Positions 40,787 through 50,962 of a stretch of 64,000 bases of DNA are shown piece after piece. The notes beneath the pieces were generated by a model. It did no database searches, was not told the origin of the DNA, and worked only from the letters and a program-made list of their open reading frames with translations. The stretch covers positions 11,470,001-11,534,000 of the forward strand of contig JBHGNT010000014.1 of NCBI GenBank assembly GCA_043228905.1, read 5' to 3'. Position numbers and translations under genes: made by a program. Position 1 is the first letter of the stretch. The number at the start of each line of letters is the position of its first letter. Origin of the DNA: Azolla caroliniana. Its lineage: Eukaryota; Plantae; Polypodiophyta.

Positions 40787-40968
40787 CACACATTACTCGT
40801 AACTCTTCGTCTTACTATCCTTAACCATTCTATCATCACCATACAAGCCTTATTAAAAGTTAAGCTCCTTCAACTCCCCTTAACCTTAGTCGCTGTGACT
40901 TCACCGCACGAACCACAACTACCCCCACACATTTGGTGAACCCGACGTGAAGGCGGCGACGAGGAGAA

Positions 40969-43081
40969 ATGGAGGAGCAAATGAGGCTTATGTGTACGAT
41001 GATGGAACGAGTGATGCGGGAACAAGGGATGATGGCAAGCATCGACAAAGCCGTCGACAATATTCTCGCACGAGTAGGAATCTTCGAAGGTATAAATTTA
41101 ACAAGATTTCTGAAGATTTATAATGAAGAAATGCTTAAATGCGGTGTCGACGAAGCTGCAAAAATTAATAGCTTTAGTCGAGTCGTTGCGATTGGGCTAC
41201 AAGAAAGGATCCAGGAGTTACAGAGGGAACATCAGACATGGGCGACTTTCGAAAGAGCATTGCTAAATGAATACAACCTCAACGATATGTCAAGGATGAC
41301 AAGGCGAGCCTTCATGGATTGGGTAGAGTCTAATAAACATCTAAGTGTTTTGGAAGTATTAAAAGAGTTTTCTGAAAGATTTGAGCAACTAAATGTTAGA
41401 GATAGAAATATAATAGTGCCAGATAAACTCATATTGTTTCTACAAGCTACTAATATTAAAGACAGGAAGGACTTGGGAATGCTTTTAGAAGATTAGAATA
41501 GTCCAAGTGGACTTACCGAAGACTGGGAGGTGAAAAGGGCGTGTGCCCATTTCTGCAAAAGAAAGTTATGGTTTATGGAGTTGCCCGATAGAAATGATGA
41601 AGAAATAGGGAACGAGTTGGGAGAAAAGAAAGTAGAAGAATCACTCTTACATGAATTGGTGAAAGGTATGAAAGACTTGTCGATCAAAGTGACGAAGCTA
41701 GAATCGGGACAAAGCTCGACTTCATCAAGGCAAGGAGGTGGAATGGTCCGAGGGTGTATGTGGTGTGATAGTATTGACCACCAGAAGAAAGATTGTCAAG
41801 AGCATAGGGATGCTCTAAATCATAATAAAATCTACTATCAAGAGGGCAAGATTCACTCGACAGAGACTCAACAACCACTTCAACTCAACTTCGGGCGAGG
41901 AGGAATGAAAAAGCTAATGGAAGATGCCGAGAGAGAAACGACTCAAGCGATACAATCTGTGGCAACCTTAGGGTTGCGCGTAGAAGACTCATATGGTGGA
42001 TTTGGCTTTTGGCAAGATGTGATGGATTATGCAAGAAAAGGGAAGGTTCGAGTGGATGAATTAAAAAGAGCGGGAGATGAAATACGAAACTTCACTGGAT
42101 GGAATGATACAGTAGACGACGCTATCAGCATTCGCATAAGTGAATGCACAAGATGTGCTAGTGGAAGAGAAGCGGAAGAGAGCTGAGGAAGCTGATCCGA
42201 CAAAGAGACATGAGACACGAGAACAAAAGAGAAGGGAGATGGAAAAGGGTGCTACTGAGCCGAAGGAAGCTGATAAAGTAAAAGGAAAGACATGCCCATC
42301 TTTCAAGCTTGCCTCAGACATAGAAACAACGACGGATATAAAAAAGGTACTAGAAACAAGAATACTAAATAGTAAGGTAGAATTTAATTTAAGAGAAGTG
42401 TTGGGTATAGCAAAGAAAGAATTTCATGAAGTTATCATAGATATTATTAGAAGGAAGAGACAGGTGACGGAGGAAATTACGGGAGGGTGTGCAACAACAC
42501 TCCAAGATTTGTATGATGGCACCATCAATGTTGCAAGTGTAAAAAACCAGAATGATGTTGGCGTCCATGAAGGGGATAGGAGTCACTATACAAGGGACCA
42601 TTGGGCTCGAGCAACAACGGAGGCACCTGCAAAAATTGGGGAGCAGCAAATTCCATGCATTTCTTTGATTGATCATGGATCCAAGATTAACATGATGTCA
42701 TCGGAATTTTACGCTCAAGGATGGTGGCCGATCGACAAGAATCATGGGTGGAAAATAAGAGCTGCCACAGAGACTACGGAGGATCTATTTGGAGCATGTC
42801 CTAGTGTGAAGGTAACAATTGGTGATGTGTCGGTGAATCAAAATTTCTTTGTGTAGGATCGATCAACCTACCCCATCATCCTTGGTCAACCCTACATCAT
42901 TGCAGTGAGGATGGAAACAAAGGTTATTGATGATGGTTCGGCTTTCGCGAGAATCAAGAGTCAAGATGGAAGAAAGACTGTTCAATTCTTAACCGTGAGG
43001 CCCAACCATGAAAGAAACAAAGAATGCTTGAGGGAACATCCAATTCAAGAGATGGATGAAGAGTTTTCCCAGGATTTTTAG
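40969..43081 (+). pseudogene. gag: Gypsy gag-protease ORF (stops and a frameshift)
   Basis: Zinc knuckle CMWCDSIDHQKKDC and protease LIDHGS; collinear with ORF 61506..62873; ends at GGATTTTTAG. Confidence 0.85.
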
Positions 43082-44130
43082 ATAGGGCTTTTATAGGTAG
43101 GGGCTGTGATAGCCCGAACATAAAAGAAAACCCCATAAATAATAATGTAAATAAAGATATTCCTTGTACAATCTCATCTAAAGGTGCTACTTTTATACTA
43201 AAAGTAAATAATAATAAAATACAAAATGCTTTCGAGTACTTTAAGTGTTCTGGATTAATAGAGGATGATGAAGAAATTCAGGATATGTATGAAGAATTAA
43301 GTTTTGAAGATACAATAACTCATTTGGAAGCAATGGAAGAAGACAACGAAATCCAAGTTCCTGTCCAAACACCGGGTCATTTGAAACAGGTAATATGTCG
43401 TATTCTCTTTTGGCATAGTTGGCCAGATGTAGAAAAGTACCCTATTTTAGCCTGATATCGAAAATATACGATGCATGCGTACCCCTTTTGTGACTTGATG
43501 GTTAAATATAGAAAAAAAAAAACCTAGCAATTACTAAATTGTATATGTGTCCACATTCGTGTCAATTTGCATATCATGGAGCACAATTGAAGACTTGGTT
43601 CAATATAAAGTTCTAAAATTGGTATCCATATTCAAATTGTAGAGTAAAACTACATAAACCGTAATTATAAATATGTGGTTTTGGGTTTAGGAATAAAGTA
43701 GTACCCCACTTGTTGGACGGGTATATCGATAGTTTCATTGTATAATGTCATATAGTTCATGACAATGTAATTCGTAAGAGTAACAATTACGTATGGCATT
43801 CATTTATACTATGTGGAACCAGTAGACTTGAACCGTAGGTAGCTAAAAACCTCTTATTATCAAAAACATTCGCCTTTTCATATACAATCATGCTAACGGA
43901 AATGAGAAATTACAATATCATGTTAATATCTCAAACTGAAGAAGAGCATGGTGACCAATTATATGTAAATACAAACAACGGTTCCAATAATGATTAAAAA
44001 GGGAAATTATGAACAGGTGAATTTAATTAAACGATAAACAATTACAGATGTTCTCATATACAAATATAATATGAAGTGATGGTGAACATTATGCCTCAAA
44101 ATCCTCAATTTTTACATTACGCCATCTACA

Positions 44131-47100
44131 TCAATCTATAAGCAAATCAAGCAAAGCAGGCTCCTCTGGCGCTGATTGTTCTAGACTGTTTTCATTCGTG
44201 TCATCTCCAAGCTCTCCCGAATCTGATGTATGGTCAAACTGTGCTACATCTTCCAGGTCCACCAGCTCCCCTGCTTCTTCATCAATTGGTTCCATTGGTT
44301 CTCGTGAAGTCATCTGGAACATCTCTGTCTCGTTGATGTGTTTTGCTCCGACTTCTTGATCCTGATCTGGACAGTCCCAGATTCCTGTGATCCTCATTTT
44401 GATGAAGTTAACTTGAGCAGGGTCCTTCTCCAATGCAACACAGTTTCTAAACATCTTCAATGCACAAGCTGTCGTTGTACCTAATGGTCACATGAACACA
44501 AACAAGTATATATAAGAAGTAACGTCTTAAACTTGATTGACAGGATTGAAATTAAATATATATATTATTCCCGTGCCAGAGAACAAGTCTAGGACCCAAT
44601 CATCTGGATTCGAGAAGAGCTCTATGAGGCGGTTGATCAATCTTTGAGGTTTTTGATAAGGGTTCACCATACTTTTATCCCCTGACACATGTCTTAATTT
44701 TTTGGTTACAGCTGGGCACATGATGTAGTTAACCACGTTACGCTCATTGACATGTGCTCTAGCCTTCTTCTTTGTAATTGAATCATAGTAGCCCACACAA
44801 AAATGTTCGACCGCACTAACCATTCGATTGCCAGGGCTACATGTAATATTTGTTTTGATCCTATAGAGAAAGAAAATCAAGTATTAGAGGTGTAAATGTG
44901 TACATATAATAAGAAGTACTGTAATGAGTAAAAGCGAACTATAACGCACCAATGCATGTGTTCAGTGGCATGACAACGGAACTTCAAAGCTATTGTGACT
45001 GACAGTGATTGCCCCATGCTATGAAATATGACTATCCTCCACAAGGGGGCCAATGTCAGTTCTGCGAAATCCTTTACCATTTTCTCGATCTGAGGGTACT
45101 TGAAAGGCACATCATCATATGTTGATCCCGCAATATGGAAACCATATGGTATGTCAGCTATCAGCAAAGTGTAGTGCCTTCTCGGTAACAGTTCGAGCAT
45201 CTGGGATACTTCGCCATTGAAAACACTATAATGAAGCTGTTTGAAAGGATCGGACCTATGCAAAAAACTCTTTACAGTCTCCGAATCCTCGGGCAGTTCC
45301 ATTTCCTTCCCTTTGGTCATTCTCTTCTCATATTTTGCACATTCTAAGTGCGTGATGAAGGCCGCTGGAATACCGTCATTATTGTCGTTGTTCTTTTTCG
45401 ATTTTGATGGTTTCTGCAAGTGTCATTGTTGTTAGCAGGGAACATTACTTTCTAACATATCAACATTCAAAAGACACATACCCATTCTCTAAATACAATA
45501 AAATATTCCTCCAATGCCTTGTAGGAAGAAGTTATCGGGCAGGTTTGTTCAACTTCTTCCCATGTCGGTAAACTCAGTTTTTGCATCATCAACTCCTGAA
45601 TCTTCATGTATACCTTCTGACTGCACAATCAATATGAAATTAGAAATAAGATATTCAAAATAATTGAAGACTTTCATGAAAAGGTATACTATAAACACTT
45701 ACTTTTGCAAGTCTATTACCATCTCGTCCAAACTAAATTCCTTGGCGACCACTCGAGATAGCACGAATATTAACATTCTATCATCTTTGATACCTTGTAA
45801 TGATCTCCAAGGTAAAAGTTTGATGTCCTCTGCTAACTCCTCGATTACCAAGTCGCTTTTTCCCTTGGTCTTTGATTTCATCTCAACTTGTGGATCAATT
45901 CTTCCCTTTTTTGATCTTTGCCCCTTGACTTCTTTCCGCTCCCACATAGAGAATATTTTGTCTTGGAGATCCCACACCTCTCCGGTTCGAAAAGCTAGTT
46001 GAAACCAAGAATCATATTTTTGGAGACCTTCGGATTTGGTACTCTCATCCACTGCAATCCCTACTTCCAATAAACACTGACGTCGCAATCCAGGCCACAA
46101 TCTTGGACCAAAATGATTCAAGGCATCGAGGTATTCATGATGAAAAAATCTTATCCTCTCTATACATGACATCTTTTGCCTATAATCGTTGTCATTGTTA
46201 TGGTCCCATGCGAGCAGCTTCGCCTCCTCGTGAGTTAGTCCTGCATATACCTTACATTCGGCGTATTTGAAGAACGGCGTGAGAGGATATTCTTTGACAA
46301 GCTGTCGTCGAACTTCGGCCGAATGTGATCCTCCGATTACATAGTATGTGTAATCGTCTGCAGAGCTATACTTGAAATCTGCTACTGTTGGGCATTGTTC
46401 TTGATCAACCATTACCAAAAATGGCACCACAGTAGCGTGAGGAGTGATTTTCATTTTGCTTTTCAGGTTTTGCACATGGACGGAGTGCGGCTCCCTAATT
46501 TCCAAGGGACGTCTTCCAGTCACGGGGTCAATGGGGGGCCTTTGGATAGAAGTAATGGGCAAATGAAATAGCTGGCCCCTGCGCACAAGTTTAGTCTTCA
46601 CAATATTTTCTCTTATTTTATTTTGTTCTGACGTCAGGACACCAAAAGATAGTTGTCCGCCTGGAGCCACGACGTCAACTTGTTGGTCGTCTTCTTCTTC
46701 CATGAACTCTAATATTTCTTCTTCTTCTTCTTCGGGTCGTGGTCGTTTAGTATATTTCTTTTGAACAGGATTTGTCTTCCTAGACTTTTTCGGTGGAGTT
46801 TCTGCTTCATCGGTCATCATCTCTCCTGTCACGTACGGCCGAAGAGCTACCAACAAGTTATATTTCGTTTGCAGGTCTTTACGCAAAGCCTTGGGATTGC
46901 AAGATTCGGGTACTAGGTTTCCCTCATCAAGTCGCAATCGCCTGTTGCCAATTGAGCTCGAGACGTCGATTAAAATACTTGTAGAGTCAATGTCTTCGTA
47001 CTCTAGCTTGGTTACATGCCCGTAATTAAATGTTTTTCCAAGCTGAAGTTTCCCTTCCCCGTCCGATTTTGCCGTTATCAATAACAACACCCCATCCTCC

Positions 47101-47267
47101 TCGACATAAGAGAGACACCATTCAAGTTCGGGGTAATCCTTATATTTCACCTCAACCGTTTTCTCCTCTTGCGTACTACCTTTGTTGATTTTGGTAGTAG
47201 CCATAGATGACTTGGATCCTCCTTCCCTCGTTGAGTCAAATAAATTCTTTTTACTCGTGTCCTTCAT
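44131..47267 (-). CDS. ParB/Srx-like domain fused to beta-class N6-adenine/N4-cytosine DNA methyltransferase; exons 47267-45703, 45620-45482, 45413-44950, 44860-44571, 44480-44131 (about 935 aa); probably damaged in this copy
   Basis: Exons join in frame via 68-90-bp introns: three GT-AG, the last with a GA donor. ParB-like YYVIGGSHSAEVRR...LAWDHNNDN...MSCIER. MTase motif IV LLIADIPYG, then WIKTN, NPYQKPQRLINRLIELFS, motif I VLDLFSGTGTT, and RNCVALEKD. Confidence 0.85.
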
Positions 47268-47470
47268 GAAGGAGCCATAATCTCATTTTGTCGGAGATCG
47301 AATCTTCAATCTAAATGAAGGAACTTTTTATCTGGGTTCACTGAAATAAAAAATGTTGGCGAAAACATAGAAACAACGTACAATTTTATCTAAATCACGC
47401 AAATTATCATTTAAATTATGTCAATTTTATGGTCCCATGCGATAGTTTTTTATTGCAAAAACAACATTTT

Positions 47471-47513
47471 TTTCAACCGAAATCCGATGCAGTGCATCGG
47501 ATTTCGGTTGAAA
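47471..47513. repeat. Perfect 43-bp palindrome (21-bp arms, 1-nt centre)
   Basis: TTTCAACCGAAATCCGATGCA-G-TGCATCGGATTTCGGTTGAAA. Confidence 0.95.
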
Positions 47514-47962
47514 GGTCCTGGCTTTCAGAATTGCTTTCCAAGTTCGTTGTACAAAATAAAATAAAATTTCTATGTGTTGAGGAAAGGAATCTTTAAGGAA
47601 TCTTTAGGAATCTTAAAAAATGTAATGAATATTACTAACCTGATGATTTTCTTTCCCTTGTTCATGGTTCGTGCTGGAGGTAGTGCTGTCCACGATGTGC
47701 TTCTGAGTGCTCGAAAATTGGCCTGTGCTCTGAGCTCGATGGATTCTTTCACGTGATAATGAAAATGAAATTTCTAACCTCCTTATATAGAAGACTTTAG
47801 CATTCTTTTTAAAATAAAAAATAATTTTTAATTATTTGTTTTTTAAGAAAATTTCGGAAAATAATATAGTTAATCTAAGTGTTCGGGTAGTTATATAGTT
47901 AGGCTTCCGCATTCCTTAATTTTCTCAAAAGAAGGTTTTAGAATACAGTTAGACTCCCTCAA

Positions 47963-50635
47963 ATGTCTTCTTCTACAAGTAGAACATCTCTTTTTTCTAT
48001 TGCCCCCTTTTCATTGTCAGACAACTCGTATTTCTCAATAGAAGAGTACGACCACAAAAAACATTCGTGGCTTAAACAGAAAAGTGTGGCTCCTAGTACT
48101 TCAAATTCTCTGTTTTCAATTGATCCTGTTGATGGCCCTCTTCATGCAAGCTTACAAGCGGACGATTCTTCGTCGATAGATAACAATAGCATTACTAAAC
48201 CTCTAGCATTTAAAAGAGTTCCTCGACAAGTTAGTGAAAAGAGATTTAATTTCTTATGTTCTGATCGTCAACTTCTATGCGACTTGAACAAATCGTGTTG
48301 TGCGAATCTCTGTCTATCAACTTATGGAAAGTCAAGGTTACGTGAAACATGACAAAAATACTTGTCGCTTAATGGGGAAGAGCAAGATACATTTCTTCTT
48401 TCGCATATGCAACTTAAATTGGATCACAAAGCAGGGCCTAATTCAACGCAAGTTGAATATTTTCTTGGACTAAATACCAAGTGTTGTCGAGCAGCTTTTA
48501 AAATCACTCATAGCATTGGAAATATGCAGCTGCAACGAGTTCAAGAGTGACTTGTGAAGGGCTCCTGGGTATAGTTTGATCAAAATGGTTCTGGATGTAA
48601 GGGTCAAATTGGGCAACAGGCAATTAGGTGGATGGAGGTATATTTTTCAAAACAGTGCGAAGTTATGCCAACGACATGAAGATTTCATTTGTCAGATAAC
48701 TTTACTCGAAGGGAAGTTTACCAATCGTACAAGGACGACATGTCTTCCGATGTTGAGCCTTACATACAGTACAAGAATTTTAATCGACTATGGAGGTTAC
48801 AATTTAATAACGTGGTTATCCCACGAAAGGTGCGAACGGGAGTCTGCTCAATATGTGCGAGTTTAAAAAGTATGGCCAAGGGTGGAAAATCAGATGTAGA
48901 GATCAAGAATTACAAGAACCTGTTAAAAGAACATCGTGAAAGTCAGGCATTGGAACGTACTAAGGCTATGCTTCACCGACAAAAAGCGTTTCAATCTCCC
49001 GAAAAGTATATGTGCATGATTATTGACGGCATGGATCAAAAGAAAACTTGTTTGCCGCATTTTCAAAGACTCCCCAAGGATATTGGAGATGAGTGTCTCG
49101 TGCAAATGCATCTAGTGGGTTGTTTGACATACTGTCAAACTATAAGACCGCAAGTGTTCTTCATTTATCCCAATATCCACAACGACCCTAATCTTACTGT
49201 CACTGTCATGCACAGGGTATTGCAATCATGGTTAGGTATACTCCCGCCAGTTCTATATGTGCAACTAGACAACACAGCAAGAGAGAATAAGAACTCAACT
49301 GTCTTCGGCTATCTAAGCATGCTAGTAGAGAGGGGCATATTTAAAAAGATAAAGGTTAACTTCTTGTTGGTTGGTCATACCGATGATCACATAGATCAAA
49401 TGTTCAGTAGGTTCTCAAAGAAACTTGCTCGCTCTAATGCTTTCACACTTCCCACGCTATCCAAATTGATTAGTGAAGCATATACACCAAAGCCTGAAGT
49501 ACAACACTTAGAAGAAGTATACGACTTTAAACGTTTCTGCATGGATAGTGACGGGACTAAAGGTAGGGTGCTTGCACCTCTTAATAATATAAGTTTCAAC
49601 CATGTCTTCCTCATAAAACAAAGATCGGCCCACCTGAAGATGATGGTGTTGTTTGCGAAACAATACTCATCTAGTGCACAATGGGAGCCCCAAGAAGGTT
49701 GTAGGCTCCTTCTTCATATCCCAGATGAACCTCTACATGGTGCACAACAAATGCCATATGATGATCGTAAAAATGTAGCACCAAATAGTACTATTGATGA
49801 ACAAAGGGCATATTGGTTGAGATGTCTAGCAGAGAAACAAAATAATATTGATCGGACTAAGAAGTATGCCGGTGATGAGGATGTTGAATGGTGGGAGATT
49901 TTCTTCACCCATCAACGCACCATTTTAGATAATTACATCGCCGGTTTATGGCCAATCCGTATCCCATTCACATGGAACATTGAGATGACATCAACGATAT
50001 TGCAGACTCATCACCAACAATCGAATAATATGGAGCTTCATGATTTAGTTCGGCCACTGCAAAGAGATATTTATGTGGGACCAAGAAAGTCACGTACTGT
50101 TGAGGCAAGATGGCAAGGTAATTTGCAAGAACTACAAGTGGGAATGTTGGTTGCAACATTAGCAGGGGACGATACCTTGGGCCATCCATTTTGGATTGCA
50201 AAAATTATTGAATTAGTAAGGGATGAAGAAAGTAGTCAGACAAAGTCAATAGTAGTCCATTGGTATCAGACAAATTCAACTGATGCATTTACAGGAAAGT
50301 ATTCTTTAGAGATGGTTAAGGATGTCGGATGTTCAAGCAGAAAGAGAAGAAGAAAGAATATACCGAGCACGGCTACTCTCGCACTAGACTGTGTTGACAT
50401 ACTAGTATATGACTTCTCATTGACAAAATCAGGTCATCTAAGACAAGCAACTATCAAGATAATAAAGGAGAAAATCCCAAACATGGTGTCAAACGAAATA
50501 CAGAGAATAAGCAGAAGCAATTCTCATAACCACAAAGATGTTGGGTTGGAATTGGATGAGGATAATGCTTTGATTGCCACTGATGATGAGGATAAGACGT
50601 CAGAATGCTCTTCTAGTCCATCAGACATGTCTTAA
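47963..50635 (+). pseudogene. Sola-like DDD transposase (about 890 codons, one frame, four in-frame stops at about 48350, 48548, 48572 and 48677)
   Basis: ORFs 47963, 48362 and 48689 share one frame. Cys motifs (KSCCANLC, KCC, CSIC) and putative catalytic IIDGMDQ, QLDNTARENKN, FLLVGHT(D)DHIDQMF; lies inside the TIRs. Confidence 0.82.
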
Positions 50636-50962
50636 TATATTGGTTTGGTTCAAGCTGGGGATTGTTTTACTACATGATCGGAAACTTTGTAAATTTGTTT
50701 TGGATGTAAACTCACGAATATGTATAATTGTAATTGGTAGACATGTTGTACATTATTTTGTAATTTTGGTGATGTATTTTTGGAGGCATTTTACTTATGA
50801 CTCAAAGTGGTAGTCATGTTGAAATTCAATATATTTTGCCACCTTTTCTGAAAAGCTTTACGCATGCTTCGTGTTTTTTTGAAAACTGCGTGCTTTTGTG
50901 CCCTTTTTTGACGTAGTGTTCTCATAATGCGACATATTACCTGTTTCAAATGACCCGGTGTT

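Larger units (their letters stand above)
43368..50962. mobile_element. Sola-like cut-and-paste DNA transposon, 7595 bp, with ParB-like/DNA amino-methyltransferase cargo
   Basis: Perfect 33-bp TIRs AACACCGGGTCATTTGAAACAGGTAATATGTCG (43368-43400 and 50930-50962) and 4-bp TSD TCCA (43364-43367 and 50963-50966). Excision restores the Gypsy pol frame ...QVPVHLIKMYEV. Confidence 0.93.

Noticed and set aside
44131-47267. Bacterial contamination or chimeric assembly as the source of the ParB/MTase gene
   Set aside because: The gene has spliceosomal introns and sits inside TIRs with a TSD that cleanly interrupts a plant retrotransposon ORF.
47745-47760. TCTTTCACGTGATAAT resembling bacterial parS (TGTTTCACGTGAAACA)
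   Set aside because: Only 12/16 matches and not palindromic in the outer arms; a G-box in AT-rich DNA explains it.
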